From assembly GCF_055900595.2 (NCBI RefSeq), contig NZ_CM148325.1: a DNA stretch of 64,000 nt, one strand, 5' to 3'. A model generated the notes under the pieces. The model ran no database searches. It was not told where the DNA came from and saw only the letters and a program-made list of their open reading frames with translations. Positions 10,573 through 20,977 of this stretch are shown piece by piece. The translations under genes were made by a program, and so were the position numbers. Numbering within the stretch: position 1 is the first letter of the stretch; every line of letters begins with the position of its first letter.

Positions 10573-12408
10573 TTATTTTCCTTGATTAATTAAGACAGGA
10601 ATAACCTGAGTAAAATCTTCCAGTGCCTGGTGTAAATCCCACTGCTGTTCTTTATTACCGCTGGAGCACAAAATCACTTTCAGCGATTTTAATAACCGTA
10701 ATGCTGCCGCTGGCTGTTGATGGTGTTGTAATGCCGTCACCAGTTGCATGACACAGGGGTTATTAAGATTGATATACAGACTTGAAGTTTTAGTCTTTTG
10801 GATTTGCGAGGTAAATTGCCGCGCCAGCATTAACGCTGCGGTGCTGATGCGTTTATCTGCGTCATCCTGTTCGAGAATTTGTTTTAATTCTGCTTCGCGG
10901 TCTGGCGTAACCACTAACGGTAAAACGGCGGGTTCGAAGCGGGAGATAATTAATTGCTCGCCATCGCAAAGATGCTCTTCCAGATAAGCAACCTGCTCTT
11001 CGGGTAATTCTGCCAGGCTGAACAACTGCTCATTACCCGTTTGCGTACCGACTTCGATAATCCGGCAGTGATATAACAGCGCCCAACGACGTAAAAATGG
11101 CACCACCGCATAACGATCGCCACGGGCTACGGGCCGTTGCAGAATATGAAACAACATCTCTTCAAAACCGCCGTCGCGGCTTAACAGAATATGAATACTG
11201 TTATTAACGCGTAAATCCTTCGCCAGCAGCGCACCTTTTGACGTTGGCACCTGCAGGCGATCTTTGAGTAAATCACACAGACGATCATCACACAAGGCCG
11301 CACCCAGCAACGCTTCGTTGTGGCGCATTAATACACGCCGCCAGATTTCTGGCTGATTTTGTGCGAGATCGGACAAACCAGAAATCAGCGCCTCTTTTAA
11401 CGCCTCCTGCACCGCAACCCAGGTTTCGTCCCGCTGGAGATCTTCCCGGCTCGCCGTAGGCGTTAGTTTCGATGACTCAATCACGCCGCCAATAAATCCG
11501 GCCCAGGGAGGTAACAACTCACGCGCTTCATCATCCAGTAACATACCGCGCAAAAACAGCGACAGGTTACGGTTATCGCTGGTGCCGTAGGTTGCGCCAT
11601 CCTGAATCCATAAAATCCCAACCGCGTCGCTCATCCCCACGGGCACCACCGGAATGGTGCAAATCGGTTCGAAGGAGGATTCAAACTGTGCGGCAAAGGC
11701 GAGATTTTTACGCTGTACCAGCGCGCGGTGCATGGTTACGCCTTCAGGGGCAACTTCACGCCACGGTGGTTGCAGTTTATTCACCGGCTCGCGGGCATCA
11801 CCGACATAGACTGGTTCGTGCAGCAATATGCAATAGCGTGAAAGAACGCGGTTCAGCAAATTGTTACTCGCCAGATGGCTGTACTCTTCTTTGAGCGTCA
11901 GAATCACCTGCGTACCCGTTTCCGAGGACTGATGCGGCGTAACGGTATATTTTTGCCCGTCGGTAGAGTGGTATTTCCAGCTCTGATCCGGCGTTTGCCA
12001 GGATGTGGTCAACACCGTGACCTCTTTTGCCAGTACAAAGGCCGACAAAAAACCGAGGCCGAACATACCAATTAAACCGGTGTTGTCATCCTGCTGGCGC
12101 AACATTCGGGTATAACCCACGCCCACTGTAGCAAGGAAGCCGTGAATTTCGCTTTCTGTCAGACCCGCACCGGTATCAGTAATAGTGATAGTGGACTTCG
12201 CCACGTCAGCCACCACACGAATTTGGTTATCCTTTGGCGCATCGGGCTGCTCAATCCTGCGACGCACAATCGCATCATGGCCGTTCTGCACCAGCTCGCG
12301 CACGGCAACTACGGGAGTGGAGTAAAGATGCTTACTAAGCACCTCAATTAAACCGTTTAAATTAACTTCTGTAGAATATGAACTGCCAGGTAACTGTAAT
12401 GTACTCAT
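10573..12408 (-). CDS. Divergent Hsp90/HtpG-family GHKL ATPase paralogue (611 aa, accessory)
   Basis: N-terminal motifs RELVQNGHDA (cf. HtpG RELISNASDA), ITDTGAGL (cf. SDNGVGM), GMFGLGFLSAF (cf. GQFGVGFYSAF); length close to HtpG. Confidence 0.75.
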   Translation of the reverse strand: MSTLQLPGSSYSTEVNLNGLIEVLSKHLYSTPVVAVRELVQNGHDAIVRRRIEQPDAPKDNQIRVVADVAKSTITITDTGAGLTESEIHGFLATVGVGYTRMLRQQDDNTGLIGMFGLGFLSAFVLAKEVTVLTTSWQTPDQSWKYHSTDGQKYTVTPHQSSETGTQVILTLKEEYSHLASNNLLNRVLSRYCILLHEPVYVGDAREPVNKLQPPWREVAPEGVTMHRALVQRKNLAFAAQFESSFEPICTIPVVPVGMSDAVGILWIQDGATYGTSDNRNLSLFLRGMLLDDEARELLPPWAGFIGGVIESSKLTPTASREDLQRDETWVAVQEALKEALISGLSDLAQNQPEIWRRVLMRHNEALLGAALCDDRLCDLLKDRLQVPTSKGALLAKDLRVNNSIHILLSRDGGFEEMLFHILQRPVARGDRYAVVPFLRRWALLYHCRIIEVGTQTGNEQLFSLAELPEEQVAYLEEHLCDGEQLIISRFEPAVLPLVVTPDREAELKQILEQDDADKRISTAALMLARQFTSQIQKTKTSSLYINLNNPCVMQLVTALQHHQQPAAALRLLKSLKVILCSSGNKEQQWDLHQALEDFTQVIPVLINQGK

Positions 12409-12687
12409 TTTTCAATACTCATAATCCATCACCTACTATTGAAAATACATTGCTGTTTTTTACAACCGGTGCAAGGTTTGTTATTTGCATTCACTCATCG
12501 GAAACATTTATTTATTGACGCGATGATTAAAACAAAATGTCTTATATAAATAATGATTAATTCTTAAAGGATTAATGCGACTGGAGTATATCGATATAAC
12601 CCGGATTTAACGAGATAATTTCTTGTGGTGAAATTATTATTTGAATGCTGAATAATATATTGAGGATTATTTAATAGAAAAATAAAA

Positions 12688-12712
12688 CCGCAATCCAGAA
12701 TCAGAATTGCGG
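12688..12712 (-). terminator. Intrinsic terminator downstream of fdhD
   Basis: Hairpin ccgcaat...attgcgg followed by a T-run on the minus strand. Confidence 0.6.
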
Positions 12713-12719
12713 TATTTCT

Positions 12720-13556
12720 TTAATTATGAATCAATCGCTGCGGATGAGTATAAACCGTTGCCCGACCCGGCTTACAAAAGCCCACCAGCGTCAAATTACA
12801 ACGCTCAGCCACTTCTACGGCAAGCGTGGTCGCGGCAGACACCGCAAACAAAATCTCGACGCCGCACATCGCTGACTTTTGCACCATTTCATAACTGGCA
12901 CGACTGGAAACCAGCACCGCACCTTGCAGCCAGCTTTCCCCTTCTTGTGACCGGCGGCCTAACAGTTTATCCAGCGCCACATGGCGACCCACGTCTTCAT
13001 GCCCGCCTACCAGTTCGCCAGATGGCAACATCCAGGCAGCGGCGTGAGTACAACCAGTCAGTTGCCCCACTGGCTGGAAATCATTGAGATGGCGTAATGC
13101 ATCATCCAGTTTGTTGAGATCAAATGTCTGAGTGAACGGCAGCGACTGCACCGGTTTACCGATGTCATTAAGTTGCTCCACGCCGCACACGCCACATCCC
13201 GTACGTCCCGCCAGTGCCCGACGACGCTCCTTCAACCCCATAAAGCGGCGGCTGGAAAGCTCAATTTGCACTTCCAGACCATTACAGGAAGGAACGACAT
13301 CCATACCGAAGATATCGCGCGGACTTTCGATAATCCCCTCGGAAAGCGAAAAACCGAGCGCAAAGTATTCAAGGTCTTTGGGCGACGCCATCATCACCAC
13401 ATGCGAAATGCCGTTGTAGACCAGCGCAACGGGAACCTCTTCCGCCACCTCATCTAACCGTGGGTGTTGTAAATCGTCACGCCGCCATAACTCAATTTGA
13501 CGAACACCTGTGACATTTGTCACATTTTTGATTTCTTTTTGCTGTGTTTTTTTCAC
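12720..13556 (-). CDS. fdhD: Formate dehydrogenase accessory sulfurtransferase FdhD (278 aa)
   Basis: Translation matches FdhD as recalled; divergent from fdoG. Confidence 0.9.
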   Translation of the reverse strand: MKKTQQKEIKNVTNVTGVRQIELWRRDDLQHPRLDEVAEEVPVALVYNGISHVVMMASPKDLEYFALGFSLSEGIIESPRDIFGMDVVPSCNGLEVQIELSSRRFMGLKERRRALAGRTGCGVCGVEQLNDIGKPVQSLPFTQTFDLNKLDDALRHLNDFQPVGQLTGCTHAAAWMLPSGELVGGHEDVGRHVALDKLLGRRSQEGESWLQGAVLVSSRASYEMVQKSAMCGVEILFAVSAATTLAVEVAERCNLTLVGFCKPGRATVYTHPQRLIHN

Positions 13557-13749
13557 TTTCTATTAACCGGATAAGAACACACACACCAACATTATGGTAT
13601 TCTGTTACAAACCCTTCCTGGATGGAGGGAAATTGAGCCAATTCTGGACCTTTGCGGCCCCTTCCGCAAAGAAAAATAACTCCCACTCCCTGCACACGCA
13701 GCAAGCGAATGTAAATGGGACGTGACAATGTCGAAACAAGGAGCAATCC

Positions 13750-16700
13750 ATGCAGGTCAGCAGAAGGCAGTTCTTTAAGATCTGCGCTGGCGGTATGGCA
13801 GGCACCACGGCAGCGGCACTGGGTTTTGCACCCAGCGTAGCACTCGCGGAAACCCGGCAGTATAAACTGCTGCGCACCCGCGAAACCCGTAATACCTGCA
13901 CCTATTGTTCCGTAGGCTGTGGGCTGTTGATGTACAGCCTCGGTGACGGAGCAAAAAACGCCAAAGCATCTATCTTCCATATCGAAGGTGACCCGGATCA
14001 CCCGGTCAACCGCGGTGCACTTTGTCCGAAAGGCGCTGGCCTGGTGGATTTCATCCACTCCGAAAGCCGTCTGAAGTTTCCGGAATACCGTGCGCCAGGT
14101 TCTGATAAATGGCAGCAAATCAGTTGGGAAGAGGCGTTTGATCGCATTGCCAAACTGATGAAAGAAGACCGCGATGCTAACTACATTGCGCAAAACGCCG
14201 AAGGCGTGACTGTTAACCGCTGGCTCTCCACCGGGATGTTGTGTGCTTCCGCGTCGAGTAACGAAACCGGCTATTTAACGCAAAAATTCTCCCGCGCGCT
14301 GGGTATGCTCGCGGTCGACAACCAGGCGCGTGTCTGACACGGACCAACGGTAGCAAGTCTTGCTCCAACATTTGGTCGCGGTGCGATGACCAACCACTGG
14401 GTCGACATCAAGAACGCCAACCTCGTCGTGGTGATGGGCGGTAACGCCGCTGAAGCACACCCGGTCGGGTTCCGCTGGGCGATGGAAGCCAAAATTCACA
14501 ACGGCGCGAAGCTGATTGTGATCGATCCTCGCTTTACGCGTACGGCGGCGGTGGCTGACTACTATGCCCCTATTCGTTCCGGTACTGACATTGCTTTCCT
14601 GTCAGGCGTATTGCTGTACCTGCTGAACAATGAAAAATTCAACCGCGAATACACCGAAGCCTATACCAACGCCAGCCTGATCGTGCGTGAGGATTACGGC
14701 TTTGAAGATGGCCTGTTCACCGGCTACGACGCGGAAAAACGCAAGTACGATAAATCCTCCTGGACCTACGAGCTGGACGAAAACGGCTTCGCCAAACGCG
14801 ATACCACGCTGCAACATCCGCGCTGCGTGTGGAACTTGCTGAAACAGCACGTTTCCCGTTATACGCCAGATGTGGTTGAAAACATCTGTGGTACGCCGAA
14901 AGACGCGTTCCTGAAAGTCTGCGAATACATCGCCGAAACCAGTGCTCACGATAAAACTGCCTCGTTCCTTTACGCGCTCGGCTGGACGCAACACTCCGTT
15001 GGTGCGCAAAACATTCGAACGATGGCGATGATCCAGCTGCTGCTCGGCAATATGGGGATGGCAGGCGGCGGCGTTAACGCCCTGCGCGGTCACTCCAACA
15101 TTCAGGGGCTGACGGACCTGGGGCTGCTGTCGCAGAGCCTGCCAGGTTACATGACGCTGCCAAGCGAGAAGCAGACCGATCTGCAAACCTACCTTGCCGC
15201 CAACACGCCGAAACCGCTGCTGGAAGGCCAGGTTAACTACTGGGGCAATTACCCGAAATTCTTCGTCTCCATGATGAAGGCCTTCTTTGGTGATAAAGCG
15301 ACGGCAGAAAACAGCTGGGGCTTTGACTGGTTGCCGAAGTGGGATAAAGGCTACGACGTCCTGCAATACTTCGAGATGATGAAAGAGGGCAAGGTCAATG
15401 GCTATATCTGCCAGGGCTTTAACCCTGTTGCCTCATTCCCGAACAAAAACAAAGTGATCGGTTGTCTGTCGAAACTGAAGTTCCTCGTCACTATCGACCC
15501 GCTGAACACTGAAACCTCTAACTTCTGGCAGAACCACGGTGAGCTGAACGAAGTGGACTCGTCGAAGATCCAGACCGAAGTGTTCCGTCTGCCATCGACC
15601 TGCTTCGCGGAAGAGAATGGTTCAATCGTTAACTCCGGTCGCTGGTTGCAGTGGCACTGGAAAGGTGCGGACGCCCCGGGGATTGCGCTGACTGATGGCG
15701 AGATCCTCTCCGGTATCTTCCTGCGCTTGCGCAAGATGTACGCCGAACAGGGTGGCGCGAACCCGGACCAGGTGCTGAACATGACCTGGAACTACGCCAT
15801 CCCGCATGAGCCGAAGTCGGAAGAAGTGGCGATGGAGAGCAACGGTAAGGCGCTGGCCGATATTACCGATCCGGCAACCGGGGCGGTTATCGTCAAGAAA
15901 GGCCAACAACTTAGCTCGTTCGCACAACTGCGCGATGACGGTACCACCTCCTGTGGCTGCTGGATTTTCGCCGGTAGCTGGACGCCAGAGGGCAACCAGA
16001 TGGCGCGCCGTGATAACGCCGATCCGTCTGGCCTCGGTAACACGCTGGGCTGGGCATGGGCATGGCCGCTTAACCGCCGCATTCTGTATAACCGCGCCTC
16101 CGCAGATCCGCAGGGTAACCCGTGGGATCCGAAGCGTCAGTTGCTGAAATGGGACGGCACCAAATGGACCGGCTGGGATATTCCGGACTACAGCGCAGCG
16201 CCTCCGGGCAGTGGCGTCGGGCCGTTTATCATGCAGCAGGAAGGCATGGGGCGTCTGTTTGCCCTCGATAAGATGGCGGAAGGTCCGTTCCCGGAACACT
16301 ACGAGCCGTTTGAAACGCCGCTGGGAACTAACCCACTGCATCCAAACGTTATCTCGAACCCGGCTGCACGTATCTTTAAAGACGACGCCGAAGCATTGGG
16401 TAAAGCCGATAAGTTCCCGTATGTCGGAACCACCTATCGTCTGACCGAGCACTTCCACTACTGGACCAAACACGCGCTGTTGAATGCGATTTTGCAGCCA
16501 GAGCAGTTTGTGGAAATCGGTGAGTCGCTGGCGAATAAACTTGGCATTGCTCAGGGCGATACCGTGAAAGTCTCCTCCAACCGTGGCTATATCAAAGCCA
16601 AAGCGGTGGTGACCAAACGTATTCGCACGCTGAAAGCGAATGGCAAAGATATCGATACCATCGGTATTCCGATTCACTGGGGCTATGAAGGTGTTGCGAA

Positions 16701-16800
16701 AAAAGGCTTTATTGCCAATACGTTAACGCCATTCGTTGGTGATGCGAACACGCAGACGCCGGAGTTTAAGTCCTTCCTTGTGAATGTGGAAAAGGTGTAA
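13750..16800 (+). CDS. fdoG: Formate dehydrogenase-O major subunit, selenocysteine-containing (1016 aa; TGA at 14335-14337 read as Sec)
   Basis: Twin-arginine signal MQVSRRQFFK; ORFs 13750-14337 and 14386-16800 are in one frame separated only by the TGA; molybdopterin oxidoreductase motifs. Confidence 0.9.
14338..14380 (+). promoter_or_regulatory. Putative SECIS stem-loop directing Sec insertion at the fdoG UGA
   Basis: Inverted repeat (agcaag/cttgct) immediately 3' of the in-frame TGA; known requirement for bacterial Sec decoding. Confidence 0.6.
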
Positions 16801-16812
16801 CGGAGACGACAT

Positions 16813-17715
16813 ATGGCTTATCAATCTCAAGATATCATTCGTCGTTCCGCGACTAACGGTCTGACCCCCGCGCCTCAGGCGCGGGACTTCCAGGAAGAAG
16901 TGGCGAAACTCATCGACGTCACCACCTGTATCGGCTGTAAAGCCTGTCAGGTGGCGTGTTCAGAGTGGAACGACATTCGCGATACCGTCGGCAATAACAT
17001 TGGGGTGTACGACAACCCCAATGATTTAAGCGCCAAATCGTGGACGGTGATGCGCTTCTCGGAAGTGGAGCAGAACGACAAACTGGAATGGCTGATCCGT
17101 AAAGACGGCTGTATGCACTGTTCCGATCCAGGCTGCCTGAAAGCGTGTCCGGCGGAAGGGGCAATTATTCAGTATGCCAACGGTATCGTCGACTTCCAGT
17201 CCGAGCAGTGCATTGGTTGCGGTTATTGCATTGCGGGCTGTCCGTTCGACATTCCGCGCCTCAACCCGGAAGACAACCGCGTTTATAAATGTACGCTGTG
17301 CGTTGACCGCGTGGTGGTTGGGCAAGAACCGGCCTGTGTGAAAACCTGCCCGACGGGTGCGATTCACTTCGGTACGAAAGAGTCGATGAAAACGCTGGCG
17401 AACGAGCGCGTGGCGGAGCTGAAAACCCGTGGTTACGACAATGCGGGTCTGTACGATCCGGCAGGCGTGGGTGGTACACACGTTATGTACGTGCTGCACC
17501 ATGCTGACAAGCCGAATCTGTATCATGGCTTGCCGGAGAACCCGGAAATCAGCGAAACCGTGAAATTCTGGAAAGGCATCTGGAAACCGCTCGCAGCTGT
17601 TGGCTTTGCGGCTACCTTCGCGGCCAGTATCTTCCACTACGTGGGTGTCGGTCCGAACCGTGCGGATGAGGAAGAGAATAATCTGCACGAAGAGAAAGAC
17701 GAGGAGCGCAAATGA
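16813..17715 (+). CDS. fdoH: Formate dehydrogenase-O iron-sulfur subunit (300 aa)
   Basis: Four CxxCxxCxxxCP ferredoxin-type clusters; C-terminal TM anchor. Confidence 0.9.
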   Translation: MAYQSQDIIRRSATNGLTPAPQARDFQEEVAKLIDVTTCIGCKACQVACSEWNDIRDTVGNNIGVYDNPNDLSAKSWTVMRFSEVEQNDKLEWLIRKDGCMHCSDPGCLKACPAEGAIIQYANGIVDFQSEQCIGCGYCIAGCPFDIPRLNPEDNRVYKCTLCVDRVVVGQEPACVKTCPTGAIHFGTKESMKTLANERVAELKTRGYDNAGLYDPAGVGGTHVMYVLHHADKPNLYHGLPENPEISETVKFWKGIWKPLAAVGFAATFAASIFHYVGVGPNRADEEENNLHEEKDEERK

Positions 17716-18347
17716 AACGACGTGACACCATCGTGCGCTACACCGCGCCGGAACGTATCAACCACTGGATCACCGCCTTCTGCTTCATCCTGGCGGCGGT
17801 GAGCGGGCTGGGCTTTTTGTTCCCTTCCTTCAACTGGTTGATGCAAATCATGGGCACACCGCAGCTGGCGCGCATTCTGCACCCGTTTGTCGGCGTGGTT
17901 ATGTTTGCCTCGTTCATCATCATGTTTTTCCGTTACTGGCATCACAACCTAATCAATCGGGATGATATCTTTTGGGCGAAGAATATTCGTAAGATCGTCG
18001 TCAACGAGGAAGTAGGTGACACCGGGCGTTATAACTTCGGTCAGAAATGCGTTTTCTGGGCGGCGATTATTTTCCTGGTCCTGCTGCTGGTGAGCGGTGT
18101 GATTATCTGGCGTCCTTATTTTGCGCCTGCTTTCTCAATCCCGGTGATCCGATTCGCGTTAATGCTGCATTCATTTGCCGCAGTGGCGTTAATTGTGGTT
18201 ATCATGGTGCATATCTACGCCGCCCTTTGGGTGAAAGGCACGATTACCGCCATGGTGGAAGGATGGGTTACCAGCGCCTGGGCGAAGAAACATCACCCGC
18301 GCTGGTACCGTGAGGTCCGCAAGACAACGGAAAAGAAAGCTGAATGA
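17712..18347 (+). CDS. fdoI: Formate dehydrogenase-O cytochrome b556 subunit (211 aa)
   Basis: Four TM helices with conserved His; 4-nt overlap with fdoH. Confidence 0.9.
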   Translation: MKRRDTIVRYTAPERINHWITAFCFILAAVSGLGFLFPSFNWLMQIMGTPQLARILHPFVGVVMFASFIIMFFRYWHHNLINRDDIFWAKNIRKIVVNEEVGDTGRYNFGQKCVFWAAIIFLVLLLVSGVIIWRPYFAPAFSIPVIRFALMLHSFAAVALIVVIMVHIYAALWVKGTITAMVEGWVTSAWAKKHHPRWYREVRKTTEKKAE

Positions 18348-19273
18348 GTATTCGCATAATCCCGCAAGATGAGCTGGGTTCGAGCGAGAAACGTACGGCG
18401 GATATGATTCCGCCGTTATTGTTCCCTCGGCTCAAGAATTTATACAACCGCCGCGCCGAGCGTCTGCGCGAGCTGGCAGAAAATAATCCGCTGGGTGATT
18501 ATCTGCGCTTTGCTGCGCTTATCGCCCACGCCCAGGAAGTGGTGCTGTACGACCATCCGCTGGAGATGGATCTGACCGCGCGCATTAAAGAAGCCAGCGC
18601 ACAGGGCAAGCCACCGCTGGATATTCACGTTTTGCCGCGTGATAAGCACTGGCAAAAGCTGCTGATGGCAATGATTGCTGAGCTGAAACCTGAAATGAGC
18701 GGCCCGGCGCTGGCAGTGATTGAGAATCTGGAGAAGGCATCAAGCCAGGAGCTGGAAGATATGGCCAGCGCGCTGTTCGCCTCTGATTTCTCGTCCGTCA
18801 GCAGCGATAAAGCGCCGTTTATCTGGGCTGCACTGTCACTCTACTGGGCGCAGATGGCCAATCTGATCCCGGGCAAAGCCCGCGCTGAATACGGCGAACA
18901 ACGTCAATATTGCCCGGTTTGTGGTTCTATGCCGGTGTCCAGTATGGTGCAAATTGGCACCACTCAGGGTCTGCGTTACCTGCACTGCAACCTGTGTGAA
19001 ACTGAATGGCACGTAGTGCGCGTAAAATGCAGCAACTGTGAACAGAGCGGCAAACTGCATTACTGGTCGCTGGATGACGAACAGGCCGCGATTAAAGCCG
19101 AAAGCTGCGATGACTGTGGCACTTACCTGAAGATTCTTTATCAGGAAAAAGAACCGAAAGTTGAAGCCGTGGCAGATGACCTCGCCTCTCTGGTACTGGA
19201 TGCGCGAATGGAGCAAGAGGGCTATGCCCGTAGTTCCATCAACCCGTTCCTGTTTCCGGGTGAAGGGGAGTAA
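18344..19273 (+). CDS. fdhE: Formate dehydrogenase formation protein FdhE (309 aa)
   Basis: Paired CxxC motifs ([27 protein letters not shown]); 4-nt overlap with fdoI. Confidence 0.9.
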   Translation: MSIRIIPQDELGSSEKRTADMIPPLLFPRLKNLYNRRAERLRELAENNPLGDYLRFAALIAHAQEVVLYDHPLEMDLTARIKEASAQGKPPLDIHVLPRDKHWQKLLMAMIAELKPEMSGPALAVIENLEKASSQELEDMASALFASDFSSVSSDKAPFIWAALSLYWAQMANLIPGKARAEYGEQRQYCPVCGSMPVSSMVQIGTTQGLRYLHCNLCETEWHVVRVKCSNCEQSGKLHYWSLDDEQAAIKAESCDDCGTYLKILYQEKEPKVEAVADDLASLVLDARMEQEGYARSSINPFLFPGEGE

Positions 19274-19455
19274 TCTCTGACGTTTTCCGGGTGGCGCTGG
19301 TCGCCCGGATTACAGTTGATAGGGTGTGACGACACCATCTCTCGTATTCCGCGTTACCCATTCAAGACTGTGCTGTTAGTGCCTGTTTGGCCTCATTCTT
19401 CCCGCCAACACATCGATAAGGTTATTGGTATGTCACTGATGACAAGCGTAAGATT

Positions 19456-19554
19456 GCCTGATGCGCTGCGCTTATCAGGCCTACCAATAAACTGCAATAT
19501 GTTGAATTTGCACGACTTTGTAGGCAGGATAAGGCGTTCACGCCGCATCCGGCA
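19456..19554. repeat. REP/BIME palindromic elements
   Basis: gcctgatgcgctgcgcttatcaggcctac and tgtaggcaggataaggcgttcacgccgcatccggca. Confidence 0.7.
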
Positions 19555-19603
19555 TGAACAACTCGCACGTTGTCAGCAATCTGATTGATATCATTTTTTC
19601 CCA

Positions 19604-19822
19604 TTACCATTCCTCGCGCAGCTTACGCTGGTATTCGACACCATCTTCCTCACATCCTTGCCAGATGCCAGGAACACTGGATATTGCTGTTTGCGATTGA
19701 TTTACCTGGTATTGATCTACCGCTTCCCGTAATAGCTCCGCACGAGGAAGATTACACTGCACCTCAAGATCATCAAGTTGCTTAATCACCTCATTCGATA
19801 AATCGAGTAAAATTCTGCCCAT
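19604..19822 (-). CDS. yiiF: Ribbon-helix-helix (CopG-like) DNA-binding protein YiiF
   Basis: 72-aa product from ATG 19822 (in-frame ATGs also at 19828 and 19846); RHH signature; paralogue of yiiE. Confidence 0.7.
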   Translation of the reverse strand: MGRILLDLSNEVIKQLDDLEVQCNLPRAELLREAVDQYQVNQSQTAISSVPGIWQGCEEDGVEYQRKLREEW

Positions 19823-20064
19823 ATCCATACCTGCCAGAGAGTTCATAAATATCTCGCCAATATCATTTTTGAATCTATAGAGAGAAAAGTACCTTTGTCG
19901 AATGCTTAAAGAAAGTGCATTTACGTATCACTTTTATTTTTGCGAGGCGTTTTCCAGATATGATGTAACAGTTGCAATTATTAGAAGTTCAAGTAAAACA
20001 ACCTTGTATTAATACCAGAATAAGGGGATCTGGTTTTTTATATTCAAGAATAAAAAATTTTTTG

Positions 20065-20283
20065 TCATTCCTTATGCTCCTTACACTGATCATCGACACC
20101 CACTGTCTCCCCCTTTTGCCTGCCTCCCTTTGCTTTACGCACCGGGAATTGCTGACGTTCCAGATATTGCTCTACCGCTTCGCGTAAAATTGCAGATCGT
20201 GAAACCTTACGCCAGCCCCTAAGCTTGTTCAGCCGTTTAATTGCCTCTTCTGATAAATGAAGAAAAACCGTATTCATCACCAT
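20065..20283 (-). CDS. yiiE: Ribbon-helix-helix (CopG-like) DNA-binding protein YiiE
   Basis: 72-aa product from ATG 20283 (ORF extends to 20310); LSEEAIKRLNKL...AILREAVEQYL RHH signature. Confidence 0.7.
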   Translation of the reverse strand: MVMNTVFLHLSEEAIKRLNKLRGWRKVSRSAILREAVEQYLERQQFPVRKAKGGRQKGETVGVDDQCKEHKE

Positions 20284-20977
20284 TACCAATACCTTACATA
20301 TATTACTCATTAATGTATGTGCGAAAATTACGCCGAAAAATCATTTAAAAAAAGCGGATTTTTGCATGCTGTTTTGTTTTTGCGAGACGTTTTCCAGAAA
20401 TAATAAGAACGTTGCAGTTGTTTCATTTGTTAATCAATAATGGTTTGGTTATCGCCCAGGATGAGATATGGGTGCTATAAATATATTATATTCAGGGATA
20501 TTTATTTTTTGATTGGGTCTTCATTTGCATAATCTGAATGGTGTACCCGAAAAACGTCAGCATCCTAACAGCACCAGGATTTAAGGTGAAATTTAACATC
20601 CATCACAGACCGGTCAATGCTGCCGCCAACCGGTCTTTACTTGCTCGTCGTTATAATTTTGTGGGTAACAGTTCGGGAAACAAGGAATTCCTTCCGGAAC
20701 ACCCCGGTATCATCCGATAGCATTGACGTCAATCATCAGCGCGACGGTGAGTTTTTTTAATCGAATCATAGGATGGTAACGTTAAGCACGATTACGGGTC
20801 ATAGTAAAACTCCTGAGCAGGCGGCACTATGCCGCTTTCACAGGAGTTCTGAATGCTGGTGCTTTCTGTATGGCATAACCATGCCCCTCGCGGCTAAGTG
20901 CCTGCACACTTCTCTCTTTGTATGTCATTTTTGCAATGCATTGGCCGAATTCTGGTAATTCAAATGAGTTTTACTCT

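Noticed and set aside
15622-16677. 351-aa ORF on the minus strand (and 254-aa ORF at 14602-15366)
   Set aside because: Antisense to fdoG. Arg/Gly/Val-rich low-complexity translation typical of shadow ORFs.
17026-17688. 220-aa ORF on the minus strand
   Set aside because: Antisense to fdoH. Shadow ORF.
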